This document shows positions 21,740 through 31,557 of a DNA stretch of 64,000 bases, piece by piece. The position numbers and the translations under genes were made by a program. The stretch lies in NCBI GenBank assembly GCA_964552475.1, contig CAZKFZ010000003.1, forward strand, positions 24,078-88,077, written 5' to 3'. Source of the DNA: an uncultured Candidatus Saccharibacteria bacterium (lineage in GTDB: Bacteria > Patescibacteriota > Saccharimonadia > CAILAD01 > BJGX01). Below the pieces are notes generated by a model that was not told where the DNA came from, did not search any database, and was given only the letters and a program-made list of their open reading frames with translations. The number at the start of each line of letters is the position of its first letter. Position 1 is the stretch's first letter.

Positions 21740-23605
21740 CTACCCAGTTACTTCTTCTACAGAAATGTCTTTACTATCATTCGCACTCGTTACTGCCATA
21801 CTTTCACTTATTAAGTCTTGTGGGTTGGTAGTAATAAGCTCGGTTTCCGTTGGGCTAGCTATAATATGAAGTATTATGTGGCTTAAACCAGCAAAAAATA
21901 ACCCTTCACCCACAGGGAACTGACTAAGTCTTTTCTTCTCTTCACTAGTAAGCTTGAATGTCTCAGCCACCACATCAACAGCCGCTGGATTTTGTTTAAG
22001 TAAAAGCTGCAAACTAGAGTTGTTTACAATTGCTCGGCCTAATCTAGTACCTAAGAAATCTTCGACATCTTGTGAAATAGTCGTAAGACCCAAGAAATAT
22101 TTTCGAGCACGTTTTGCAATAGAAAACATAAACATAGCTGAGTCTTGGTACTGCATAAGTTGCCATGCCTCATCTATAATAAGTACCCGTTTTTTCTTCT
22201 CAGACTTTACTCTGTTCCAGACATAATTAAGCACAATATACATACCTATGGGCCGCAATTCGTCTTCCAAATCTCGAATATTAAATACTACAAACGGATT
22301 ATTTAGATTTACATTACTTTGCTGAGAAAATATGCCAGAAAAAGTACCCTCGGTAAATCTACGAAGTCGTGCAGCCAGTGCTGGGCCATTTCCACCCATT
22401 TCGTTTAAGTTATTATATAGATCTAACATTACTGGAGGCTCAGCGGTATGAGTAAGTGGGTCGTTAGTAATGCCTTTTTGGGCGTAAGTATTAATGAGCG
22501 CAATGTCTAGATCAGATTCTTCTGTGGGTGAAAGCTCACCCATCATTAGTCTAAGTAGACCATGGAGCATTATGATGTTTGCTCGCAGAGCATTATCGGC
22601 TTCGTCTGAGTCTATAGCTGTAGGGATATCAAAAGGGTTCACATGGCTATCACTAGTTAGACTAAGCTGTAAAAAGCTACCACCTACAGCATCGCATAGT
22701 GTTCTATATTCGTTTTCTGGGTCTATTACAATTATTTCGGTACCAAACATCAAAGAACGCAAAGCTTCAAGTTTTACAGCAAAAGACTTACCAGCACCAG
22801 ACTTGGCAAATACCACCATGTTGGCATTTTCTAAACTAAATCTATCAAATAATACCAAGCCGTTATTGTGACGGTTAATACCATAAAGAATTCCCTCCTC
22901 ATTGCTAAGGTTGGCGGTGGTGAATGGGAAAGTAGTAGAAATTGCGCCGGTGTCCATATTGCGTTTCACACCTAGTAGGTCGCTACCTAGTGGTAGAGTT
23001 GAGGTAAAACCTTGTTCCATCTGTATAGTAGCCGGCTTTGTATATATAAGACTTGTACCCAAAACTGACTCTATTTTTTTTACTAACTCCTCAAGCTCCT
23101 CAAGTGTTGTTCCATAAATCGTTACGTACAAACCAAGCCTAAAAAACCTATCTTCACCTACCTGTAATTTATCACGCAATTCTTCGGCATCACTTAAAGA
23201 TGCTTCAAGAGCTGGGTCTCTAACTTTACCTTTTTCGGCATTTATAGATTGATTAGCTTCTAGTTGACCAACTTTTTTCTTAAGATTATCTAGTACTACC
23301 CTACTCTCAACCGGTTCTATTGCTAGGCTTATATCTATTATTTCGTCCATATTTATAAGAGGACTAAGCCAACCAGTAAATAAGCTCCTAGGATAAGCAT
23401 ATACAAATAATGTTCTGGCAAAGCGCGAGCCGATACGTATATAATTCGCTTCTATTTGTATAGAGCTAGGTGCTATTACGTCACGAAGTGTTACAACACC
23501 CTGGCGATATATTTGTTGAGCTTGTTGTTGAGCATTGGCATTGGCTTGTTGTTGGGGTGTAAGAGTTGGGGTTGTCGGTTGTGCTGGTTTTTTACCAAAT
23601 ATCAT
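21740..23605 (-). CDS. VirB4/TraC/PrgJ-family T4SS ATPase
   Basis: Walker A 'AKSGAGKSF', Walker B 'VLIIDEAWQL'; N-terminal 'RTLFVYAYPRSLFTGWLSPLI' VirB4-domain motif; Q-rich N-terminal tail. Confidence 0.85.
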   Translation of the reverse strand: MIFGKKPAQPTTPTLTPQQQANANAQQQAQQIYRQGVVTLRDVIAPSSIQIEANYIRIGSRFARTLFVYAYPRSLFTGWLSPLINMDEIIDISLAIEPVESRVVLDNLKKKVGQLEANQSINAEKGKVRDPALEASLSDAEELRDKLQVGEDRFFRLGLYVTIYGTTLEELEELVKKIESVLGTSLIYTKPATIQMEQGFTSTLPLGSDLLGVKRNMDTGAISTTFPFTTANLSNEEGILYGINRHNNGLVLFDRFSLENANMVVFAKSGAGKSFAVKLEALRSLMFGTEIIVIDPENEYRTLCDAVGGSFLQLSLTSDSHVNPFDIPTAIDSDEADNALRANIIMLHGLLRLMMGELSPTEESDLDIALINTYAQKGITNDPLTHTAEPPVMLDLYNNLNEMGGNGPALAARLRRFTEGTFSGIFSQQSNVNLNNPFVVFNIRDLEDELRPIGMYIVLNYVWNRVKSEKKKRVLIIDEAWQLMQYQDSAMFMFSIAKRARKYFLGLTTISQDVEDFLGTRLGRAIVNNSSLQLLLKQNPAAVDVVAETFKLTSEEKKRLSQFPVGEGLFFAGLSHIILHIIASPTETELITTNPQDLISESMAVTSANDSKDISVEEVTG

Positions 23606-23606
23606 T

Positions 23607-24488
23607 TTACTTTTGCCCTCCAGCTATATTAGGGGGTTGGGGATTGCTAGGTTGACTTGGTTGTGCGGGATTAGAGTTAGTTTGTCTATTTGCAGCCGAG
23701 TATAGATCGTCTGGGACTGGTTCTTTAGGTTTTTGGCTTGGTATTTTGGCCAGACCATCTTTTCTTAGGACTGCCGGAGTACTCATGTCAGCTATATCAG
23801 TAAGTGATTGGTTTTGGCTTTCTGCTACATTATAGGAGTTGTAAAACAACTCTATAACTTCTTGTGTGTTGAGTATAACTGTCCTTACACCTATCTGCGC
23901 CAAGCCTTGAGCTACCTGGTTAGTCCTCTGCAATAAATCATTCTTGCGTTGTTCGTACTCTCCACTCGTTTGAGTAACCTCAGCCGAGTCACTAGATGCT
24001 CCACGTAATTTAGTGAATATATTCGCTTTAGTTACAACATTTACATAGTATGGAACAACCACGTAAAAGCGTTTTTCCATAATATTTACTTCGTTTAGGA
24101 GACTTTTTATATTGGTAACGTAGTCATCCATTAGATCGGCTAGTAATGGATTAGGTTGATCACTTTGTATTACCTCTAGCTTACTTAGGTAATTATCTAA
24201 ATCTATCTTGCGTGACTGTATTACTATTTGAATAGGAAAATGCAAACCGTTTAGGAAACCCTGAAAAGCAAACTCAATAGCTTCTTTCTCGTCTGGGCTT
24301 TTAAGATCGAAATTAGTTGGAGAACATAGTATTACGGCCCGTAAACTACCATCACGCATCACCACGATACCATCTCTTATTTCTGAAAAAGGCAAATGAC
24401 TTTGAGTGCTCATCTGCTTGTTTTGTTCTTTTTTTGGTGGAGTGACCGAGTTTACGTATTCACGCTGTTGGGGGGTAATCTGTGCCAT
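23607..24488 (-). CDS. hypothetical protein translationally coupled to VirB4 (T4SS-associated)
   Basis: 293 aa, Pro/Gln-rich C-terminus; stop and the VirB4 start are in TAAAATG coupling arrangement. Confidence 0.4.
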   Translation of the reverse strand: MAQITPQQREYVNSVTPPKKEQNKQMSTQSHLPFSEIRDGIVVMRDGSLRAVILCSPTNFDLKSPDEKEAIEFAFQGFLNGLHFPIQIVIQSRKIDLDNYLSKLEVIQSDQPNPLLADLMDDYVTNIKSLLNEVNIMEKRFYVVVPYYVNVVTKANIFTKLRGASSDSAEVTQTSGEYEQRKNDLLQRTNQVAQGLAQIGVRTVILNTQEVIELFYNSYNVAESQNQSLTDIADMSTPAVLRKDGLAKIPSQKPKEPVPDDLYSAANRQTNSNPAQPSQPSNPQPPNIAGGQK

Positions 24489-24573
24489 TTTTGTATATAA
24501 TAACCTATTTTGCTTAAGCTTTATTATAACAGCTTAAGTACTATAATAAAGCCACTTCAAAAACTTGTTATTT

Positions 24574-25416
24574 TTACTGCCGTACTTGCGCACTAGTACC
24601 TGGCGAAAGTTGTTGAGTTTGTTGGTTAGCTCTGGTTGCTACTTGTTGAATAGTAAGACTACTACCTTGCATTGCAACCTGACTAGCAGCTGGGTTTATA
24701 GTTTGTAATTGTTGCGGCACTTGGTTTACAGAAGGTTGACTATTGTTTGGTTTTCGTAAAGCTTGTCGAACTTGGGTGGCTGCATTTTGGCGCGAATCTT
24801 CCTTGGCGTTTTGTAGTAGTTTTTCAACCGTATTAGCTCTTTGACTAGTTTCATCTAAAACATCATCTTTTGGTGTAATTAACCTATGAGCGGTGTCTAT
24901 AGTATTATTAGAGCTTTCTTCTGTACCAACTTGTTGAGGGCCAATAATTCGTTTGGCATAAATAGATGCTTCATTATCTCCTTCGTGTAATTGTACACTT
25001 GGGTCTTTAAAGTTACCACGCGTATCTATAATAGACGCAAGCTGTTTAAGTTGACCAACCGAAACAGATTGATCTTTCTCTAGATTTTCTTTGGGTTTTT
25101 CTACATCTTTTACAATAACCTCTTTTTTATCATCTTTTATCCAGGTGCGAGTTCTAGGTACAACTAAGAATCTAAAAAACGCCACCATATAGTCTTCAAA
25201 AGGTACTCCTTCACGCGACCCAAACCCAAGTAAAAGGAAAAAACCTGTTACCGGAAAAGCAAATATAAGAGCGACTATTATAGAAAAGCTAAATATACGC
25301 CACATTAAAAATCCCCACATCAGCGCAATTATTACGTATATAAATTGCTTTACTGAGAGCGGCCCTAGTATTTTATCTTCGGTCTCTACATTTTGTGGTA
25401 CTTTGTATTCACCCAT
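24574..25416 (-). CDS. VirB3/PrgI-like small membrane protein with Gln-rich C-terminal tail
   Basis: N-terminal hairpin of two TM helices ('FIYVIIALMWGFLMWRIFSFSIIVALIFAFPVTGFFLLLGF'); sits between the VirB6-like and VirB4 genes as prgI does. Confidence 0.4.
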   Translation of the reverse strand: MGEYKVPQNVETEDKILGPLSVKQFIYVIIALMWGFLMWRIFSFSIIVALIFAFPVTGFFLLLGFGSREGVPFEDYMVAFFRFLVVPRTRTWIKDDKKEVIVKDVEKPKENLEKDQSVSVGQLKQLASIIDTRGNFKDPSVQLHEGDNEASIYAKRIIGPQQVGTEESSNNTIDTAHRLITPKDDVLDETSQRANTVEKLLQNAKEDSRQNAATQVRQALRKPNNSQPSVNQVPQQLQTINPAASQVAMQGSSLTIQQVATRANQQTQQLSPGTSAQVRQ

Positions 25417-25460
25417 ATATATTAATTATAACAATCTCATTATTTTAAGCATAATTATTA

Positions 25461-27710
25461 TTATGGTCTCACAACTCTGTTATTATTAAGATTTGCATGA
25501 GCTACACTTTGGTGAACTGTAGGAGATGAGTTAGGATTGAGCCTCTGTTGTTTAGCAACTTCTCCAGCGTGCATTTGGTCGTAAGCAATTCTTTTATGAT
25601 GAATATCCAGAGGAACTCCAGTAGGCGCCGGAGGTGTGGCACTATCGTTTGCAACCTGTCTTGTTGTTGCTTCATATAGGTTAGTATAAGCAATTCGTTC
25701 TCTATCAGCCGGTGTAACGCCTGCTGCTTGACCACCATCGGTTCTTGCTTGTTTTTCTACATCCCATGCAATCACCGATTCTTGGTATGTTCTTCCACCT
25801 GTCTCGTGAGCTATCTTATCAAAATCTGCTCTTTGTTTGGCGTTTAGTGGTGGTAAACCAGCATCAAAACCTTGTTTGCCTTCAACTAACTTGTCTCTGT
25901 ATGCTTTCTGAAGTACTTTCTTGGCAACCTTGGCATCTGGTGTTGATTCACCATTCTTTGTTTGACGCGATAAAGCAATTTGATCATCAACATCCATAAG
26001 GCCAATATCTTTTTTCTTCGCCTCTTCAACTTTGTCATCGGTTCTGAGTTTATTTTGCTTAAAACTTCTTCCTAGCTTCGTATTGCTACCACGAAAAGCC
26101 GCACTAGCACCCTCAAACCCCTTAGATTTTAGCTCAGCAAGCTTGCCTTCTTGACCACTCTTCTTCACAGCACCTTTACCAGCGCCAATTGCAGCTTTAC
26201 CCACTCCTGTATTTGCAACAGCTTTACCTGCTGCTCCCATAATATCACCACTAAGTTTGAGCGTTTTTGGAACCAAAGCAAGTATAAGAACAGGTACAAA
26301 TATAGCAATCAAATTAGTTAAGAAGTTCGCCACAGCACCCTGGAATCCTCCAGAATCAAACAAACCATTTTGTAAAAGATTTACAAATATAGCTCCTATA
26401 GCAAACAAAAGATTTACCAATAAGAACATAATAGATAGCTTTATCATGTACTTCCACCACTGCTTAAAGAACTTCTCGGTGTTTGGTAATACCCAAGCAG
26501 CAAAAGCTATCGGAGCAAACAAAACCAACCCAACTAGTGCTAAGTAACGTAGCATTAAATAGAAGAAAGCAATTATCGCCACTATTAGGCCTATTATTTC
26601 GGCAATTTGTAGCATTACAAACTGCCCAATTGTCTGGAATATACCACCTGCAGAAGGATTGACACCGCAAGTTGGTACAAAAAGGCAAGCAAAAGCTTCG
26701 CCTGGTGTTGGAGGAGCACCACCTGTGCCACCTGGAACATTAAAGCTTTGCAGTAAAAACTGAGGTAGTGTACTACCTAAGATATTTCCCAAATCTAAAA
26801 TAACTTGACATATGAGTAATGAAAACTGCGTAAGTATAATTGCCGCTATTAACTTGGGCAAGGTCTTTTTAATAGTATAGTTATCTAAACCTGGTATTGC
26901 CACAAAATTAGCAATAATGATAAATAGAAATATTAGTATATAAAAAGAATTAGCTAGAGTAATCATGGCGTTTACACCATCCTTTAGCTCTACTTGAACA
27001 CTTGAGGCGCCAGAATTACCAACTAAAACAGGGTTCTCTAATAATCCTGTCATTGTATCAATAGTAGTACCTAGTGCCTCAACTAAAAAGTTCTGTACCG
27101 GACAAACTATAAAAGTTAAAGGGCTATTAAGAGTGTCCTCACAAGCATCTAGAGCTTCTTCTTCGCTAGCTTTAGCATCTAGAGCTTCTAATAGATCATC
27201 TGTGAGAAAACGAGGTGCCGCTCCTGTATATCTTGCTTCAACATCAGTACCCTGAAAATCATCATAATCACCACCATCCCATGGAAAACAATCAGTGGGC
27301 TTAACTACAGAACAAAATGTTTTGTCTGGGTCTGAGTTGTTTTCACCACCTTTAAAAGCTCTATCATAATTACGAAAGTTAGATAGACCTATTTGGTCTC
27401 CCCCACTAGCAAACGGATTAGTCACACTAAAACTTTGCCTAAGCTTGGCTACAATAACTCCATCTACTAAACCAAAAGAAATATAATCACCCGTATTCTC
27501 TACATAAGAAGGGTATCCAGTCACTTCACTCCAATATGGATCGTATTTGTATACCTCATCACCACAATCAAGCTCACCAGATGAATTAAACGAGAAAGTA
27601 TCATCACCACCACAAGCTGCATGAGCTTTGTTGGTAAATATAATCATACTAAAAAAAACAATAACCAACGACAGAATTGGTAAAAGCAAAATACGGGAGA
27701 GCTTTTTCAT
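25461..27710 (-). CDS. VirB6/TrbL/PrgH-like polytopic membrane protein
   Basis: Signal peptide, about 240-aa Cys-containing extracellular domain, 5-6 TM helices, about 280-aa charged C-terminal domain; first gene of the minus-strand T4SS-like operon. Confidence 0.5.
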   Translation of the reverse strand: MKKLSRILLLPILSLVIVFFSMIIFTNKAHAACGGDDTFSFNSSGELDCGDEVYKYDPYWSEVTGYPSYVENTGDYISFGLVDGVIVAKLRQSFSVTNPFASGGDQIGLSNFRNYDRAFKGGENNSDPDKTFCSVVKPTDCFPWDGGDYDDFQGTDVEARYTGAAPRFLTDDLLEALDAKASEEEALDACEDTLNSPLTFIVCPVQNFLVEALGTTIDTMTGLLENPVLVGNSGASSVQVELKDGVNAMITLANSFYILIFLFIIIANFVAIPGLDNYTIKKTLPKLIAAIILTQFSLLICQVILDLGNILGSTLPQFLLQSFNVPGGTGGAPPTPGEAFACLFVPTCGVNPSAGGIFQTIGQFVMLQIAEIIGLIVAIIAFFYLMLRYLALVGLVLFAPIAFAAWVLPNTEKFFKQWWKYMIKLSIMFLLVNLLFAIGAIFVNLLQNGLFDSGGFQGAVANFLTNLIAIFVPVLILALVPKTLKLSGDIMGAAGKAVANTGVGKAAIGAGKGAVKKSGQEGKLAELKSKGFEGASAAFRGSNTKLGRSFKQNKLRTDDKVEEAKKKDIGLMDVDDQIALSRQTKNGESTPDAKVAKKVLQKAYRDKLVEGKQGFDAGLPPLNAKQRADFDKIAHETGGRTYQESVIAWDVEKQARTDGGQAAGVTPADRERIAYTNLYEATTRQVANDSATPPAPTGVPLDIHHKRIAYDQMHAGEVAKQQRLNPNSSPTVHQSVAHANLNNNRVVRP

Positions 27711-27801
27711 AACACTTATGTTACACTAAATAACTTACAAATTATAGACCTTAAAGACAGGCCTTATCGCTTTAAACATAACAAGTGATATAATACATAG
27801 C

Positions 27802-28395
27802 ATGCAATTTATTTACAGACCACTACTTGCTGCCCAGTGTGGAATACTAGACAATCTACCTAATGGATCTAACTTGTGCCAAAACGGTCTATCCCTTAAT
27901 GATGTTATTAGTCTGTTGGCTGGCTATATTGTGACCCTGATAGGTCTTATTTTAGCAGTTGTTATATTATATTGCGCTGTCGAGATTGTTACCTCGGGTG
28001 GTAGCCAAGAGCGAATAAAGTCGGCCAAAAATCGTCTTACCCAAGCTGCCATTAGCTTGGGCTTACTAATATCTTTTAGAGCAATAATTGCGGTCTTTGG
28101 TATAGATGGTGGTAATACCGGTGCGGGCGCCCCAACACTGTTTAATGGCGTAGATGAGTTTAGTCTTGAGGGTGTAGAGAAGTTAATTGCTAATGCTGCA
28201 CAGATACTTATGATGGCAGTAGGCGCATTTTCGGTAATATTTATAGTGGTTGGTGCGGTACAATATATTACTTCGGCTGGCAACGAACAAAGCGTAGCAA
28301 ACGCCAAGAGGACAATTACCTACGCTGTAAGCGGGCTTATACTCGCACTTTCTACGGTCGCAATCATTACGTTTATTAATACTCAGTTTTTTTAA
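27802..28395 (+). CDS. VirB2/TrbC-like pilin-family protein carrying two tandem pilin modules
   Basis: Two internal copies of the module shared with the three downstream paralogs: hydrophobic helix, 'SGGSQERIKSAKNR' / 'SAGNEQSVANAKRT' loop, second hydrophobic helix. Confidence 0.5.
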   Translation: MQFIYRPLLAAQCGILDNLPNGSNLCQNGLSLNDVISLLAGYIVTLIGLILAVVILYCAVEIVTSGGSQERIKSAKNRLTQAAISLGLLISFRAIIAVFGIDGGNTGAGAPTLFNGVDEFSLEGVEKLIANAAQILMMAVGAFSVIFIVVGAVQYITSAGNEQSVANAKRTITYAVSGLILALSTVAIITFINTQFF

Positions 28396-28439
28396 GTAAC
28401 CTTGCCAAAACCTTAGCGTAAGAGTTAATATATTATCAA

Positions 28440-28730
28440 ATGAAGTTACTTAGTATATTATTACTAGCAGATTTTGAAGCTCCTCCTGGACTAGGTGGGC
28501 CAGCAACCTTTGGTGATTTAGTAGGTAAGGTAACAAACACACTACTTCTTATTGCTGGTGCTGTTGCCGTGATAGTAATTGTGGTAGGTGGAATACAATA
28601 CACACTATCGGCTGGTGATGAGAAGCGTACGAAAACTGCCAAAGATACTATTACTAATGCCGTTATTGGCCTAGTAATAGCTATAATGGCCTTTGCGATA
28701 GTAAACTTTGTACTTGGTACGTTTAAATAA
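28440..28730 (+). CDS. VirB2/TrbC-like pilin paralog
   Basis: 'VVGGIQYTLSAGDEKRTKTAKDTITNAVIGLVIAIMAFAIVNFVLG'; two hydrophobic helices with a short charged loop. Confidence 0.5.
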   Translation: MKLLSILLLADFEAPPGLGGPATFGDLVGKVTNTLLLIAGAVAVIVIVVGGIQYTLSAGDEKRTKTAKDTITNAVIGLVIAIMAFAIVNFVLGTFK

Positions 28731-28818
28731 GAAAACTATTGTCACTTGTTGCAAAAAAACTACCTTGCGGTATCATAAGAAGTAAGCTAAAATATCTAGT
28801 AAATGCTTTATAAATAAT

Positions 28819-29196
28819 ATGGAGAATAAAATGACATTATCTAAAAAAACGCAAAGACTAGCAATTGTAACAGGTAGTAGTGTAGTTGCATTGGTCCCAA
28901 CAGTAGCGTTGGCAGCCGACACTACTCAAGATGCTGTAGATGCCGTACAGCCCGCCTCGGCCGCTACTGGCGACCTGCAAAGCAATATTAAAAACATTAT
29001 TAACGCCATGCTCTTAGTTATTGGTATTGTGGCAGTAATAATGCTAATTGTGGGCGGTTTTAGATATGTAATAAGTAATGGCAACGAAAAGGCTGTTACT
29101 GGTGCCAAAGACACTATACTATATGCAATTATTGGTATTGTTGTAGCTCTACTTTCATTTGCTATTGTAAACTTTGTGCTTGGTCAGTTTAGTTAA
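28819..29196 (+). CDS. VirB2/TrbC-like pilin paralog
   Basis: Signal-like N-terminus plus 'IVGGFRYVISNGNEKAVTGAKDTILYAIIGIVVALLSFAIVNFVLG'. Confidence 0.5.
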   Translation: MENKMTLSKKTQRLAIVTGSSVVALVPTVALAADTTQDAVDAVQPASAATGDLQSNIKNIINAMLLVIGIVAVIMLIVGGFRYVISNGNEKAVTGAKDTILYAIIGIVVALLSFAIVNFVLGQFS

Positions 29197-29228
29197 AAAA
29201 TAATTCAAGGGGTGTAAGTTAAACAATT

Positions 29229-29582
29229 ATGAGAACTAAAATTAAAACACTTTCTGCAATAACTACGGGGTATGTAGTTCTTGCGGCTACTAGAGTCTAT
29301 GCAGTTTCTAACCCCGCTCAAACGGGCGCCAACAAAGCTAAAGACCCAAGCCAACCCACCGATTTACTTGCAAATGTTAAGCTTATTACTAATACCCTTC
29401 TGCTTGGAATAGGTGTAATATCTGTCATTATGATAGTTATCGGTGGTATACGTTACGCGACCTCTGGTGGTGACGAAAAAGGCACAAAAGGCGCCAAAGA
29501 CACTATTTTATATGCCGTTATTGGCCTTGTGGTGGCGCTTCTTGCATTTGCTATAGTTAACTTTGTACTAGAAATTTTCTAA
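29229..29582 (+). CDS. VirB2/TrbC-like pilin paralog
   Basis: 'VIGGIRYATSGGDEKGTKGAKDTILYAVIGLVVALLAFAIVNFVL'. Confidence 0.5.
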   Translation: MRTKIKTLSAITTGYVVLAATRVYAVSNPAQTGANKAKDPSQPTDLLANVKLITNTLLLGIGVISVIMIVIGGIRYATSGGDEKGTKGAKDTILYAVIGLVVALLAFAIVNFVLEIF

Positions 29583-29647
29583 TCTAAAGTAACATATTTA
29601 TATATTACTCACTGGTTTAAAACTTCCATTACAGCTAAAATAAACAT

Positions 29648-30970
29648 ATGCGTAATAGATATATTAAGCTATTAGCTTTAATAATTAGTTCTATAGCTCT
29701 ATTTTTTGCTATCTATATAATCACTCAAAGACCATATAGTACTAGCCTTAGCGACTACAAAACTAGTGTACTCTACCCAACCTCGCCAATTACGCTATCT
29801 CTTTGGTTACCTTCCGATGAACAAGGTAACCTTGAGTATGTTGTTGATCAATACCAAAAAGTTCATCCTAATGTGAAGGTTGGTATTGAGTATGTAGATA
29901 TAAATAACTACCAAGCCAAGGTGTTACAAGCAATTTATGAGAATAAATTACCAGATTTATTAGTATTTAGAGATGATAGCTTACCTCTATATAAAAATAG
30001 CCTTCAACCCGCACCAGCCAGTGTATTCACTCCCGATCAATTTAGCTCAACTTTTGCAGATTTTGCCACCAAACAACTTGTGGTTGGCAACAGTATATAT
30101 GGCGCACCCCTAGGTATAGCTACCCTTGGTTTAATTTATAATCAAAACAGGTTTGATCAAGCCAAGATTACTTCACCTCCGACCAATTGGGTAGAGTTTG
30201 ATGCAGTAAATGATAAATTACGACAAAAAACCGACCAAACACTTTATGAGTCTGGTGTAGCTCTCGGTAGCCCAACCGTTCATAGCTACCCAGATATTAT
30301 AAGTGTACTAATGATGCAAAACGGCGCAACAATGACCAACCAACCACCTACCAAAGCAACCTTTGAGTTGCCAGACTCTACCGGCTACTACTCTAGTGCC
30401 AAGGCGCTAGCCTATTATGCAAGTTTTGCCCAACCAACCAAAGCCAACTACTCGTGGAGCGATAGCTTGGGTGATAGTGTAAGTGCGTTTGCCCAAAACA
30501 AAACAGCTACAATTATTGATTACCCTATGGCTGCTAAAACTGTGACCGAGCAAAACCCTACTATGCCCATTAGATTTTCAACCCTACCACAAACTAACTC
30601 CAACAAACCAATAAACTACGGCACATTCTTGATAGGTTCTGTATCAAAAACTACCAAAACACCCAACATTGCATGGGATTTTTGGGGTTTTACTACCACC
30701 AAACAAGCCCAAAGAGACTTTTCTACTAAGAGCTACTGGCCAGCTAGCCGTAAAGATCTTGTAGCTGAACAAACAAACAACAATATACTGAGTCCTTTCG
30801 CTAAACAAATTTCTACCGCACAAGATTGGTATAAAGGGCTTAACCTCGTTACCAACGCAGATTTTCGCGAGATGCTATCAACTTACCTATCTGGCTTAGA
30901 TGCTCAAATAGTTGTAAATAATGCATCCGCTAAAGTTACTACCTCTATAGAGCAAGCCAACTCAAAATAA
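29648..30970 (+). CDS. membrane-anchored extracellular solute-binding-protein-like protein
   Basis: N-terminal TM anchor; 440 aa; overall resemblance to ABC-type sugar-binding proteins. Weak call from composition only. Confidence 0.35.
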   Translation: MRNRYIKLLALIISSIALFFAIYIITQRPYSTSLSDYKTSVLYPTSPITLSLWLPSDEQGNLEYVVDQYQKVHPNVKVGIEYVDINNYQAKVLQAIYENKLPDLLVFRDDSLPLYKNSLQPAPASVFTPDQFSSTFADFATKQLVVGNSIYGAPLGIATLGLIYNQNRFDQAKITSPPTNWVEFDAVNDKLRQKTDQTLYESGVALGSPTVHSYPDIISVLMMQNGATMTNQPPTKATFELPDSTGYYSSAKALAYYASFAQPTKANYSWSDSLGDSVSAFAQNKTATIIDYPMAAKTVTEQNPTMPIRFSTLPQTNSNKPINYGTFLIGSVSKTTKTPNIAWDFWGFTTTKQAQRDFSTKSYWPASRKDLVAEQTNNNILSPFAKQISTAQDWYKGLNLVTNADFREMLSTYLSGLDAQIVVNNASAKVTTSIEQANSK

Positions 30971-30984
30971 CTAGTTTGTAATCT

Positions 30985-31011
30985 AAAAAACCCGGCATTT
31001 GCGGGTTTTTT
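30985..31011. terminator. bidirectional rho-independent terminator
   Basis: AAAAAACCCGGCATTTGCGGGTTTTTT hairpin with flanking A/T runs between convergent genes. Confidence 0.7.
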
Positions 31012-31030
31012 AGATGGTCTTCACTAAGTA

Positions 31031-31465
31031 TTAAACGGGTTTTACTTTTATCTTCTTAACCTTGTCTTCAGGGACAACTTTTGGAATCTCTATAGTTAGT
31101 ACGCCATTATTTAGACCAGCATTAGCTTTATCGGCTACTGTAGAGGTAGGTAAAATAACCGACCTACTAAAACTACCCCAAAAACACTCTTGTACATAGT
31201 AGCTGTCTTTAGAGATAGTAGTAGATTCTTTTCTGTCGCCACGAATAGTAACTACATCTTCTGAGATAGCTACATCGATATCTTCGGGTTTTACACCAGC
31301 GATTGGCGCTTTTATTACAATAGTGTCTTTGGTTTGGTAAACATCAACCGCAAGTTGGCCTTCAAACTCTTCTTCGTTCATCCATTCTTCGTTGGGAGTT
31401 TGCTCTTCTTCTAAAAAGTCGTCTGCAAGAATTTCTTCGTCAACCTGGTTCTTATTTCGTGCCAT
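31031..31465 (-). CDS. Hsp20/alpha-crystallin small heat-shock protein
   Basis: 'GVLTIEIPK' and 'IKAPIAGVKPEDIDV' alpha-crystallin-domain motifs; 144 aa. Confidence 0.85.
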   Translation of the reverse strand: MARNKNQVDEEILADDFLEEEQTPNEEWMNEEEFEGQLAVDVYQTKDTIVIKAPIAGVKPEDIDVAISEDVVTIRGDRKESTTISKDSYYVQECFWGSFSRSVILPTSTVADKANAGLNNGVLTIEIPKVVPEDKVKKIKVKPV

Positions 31466-31557
31466 AAAATTACTCCTTATGTTTGCTCTTTTCTTTCTTG
31501 CTATTTATTATATCCAGGTAGAGTAAAGAGTGCAAGTTAATAGATAGATTTTAGAAA

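Noticed and set aside
23600-23612. Possible frameshift splitting VirB4 into 293-aa and 621-aa pieces
   Set aside because: The 621-aa product already contains the conserved VirB4 N-domain motif (RTLFVYAYP...GWL) plus Walker A/B. The junction is a TAAAATG stop/start overlap typical of translational coupling, so these are two genes rather than a pseudogene
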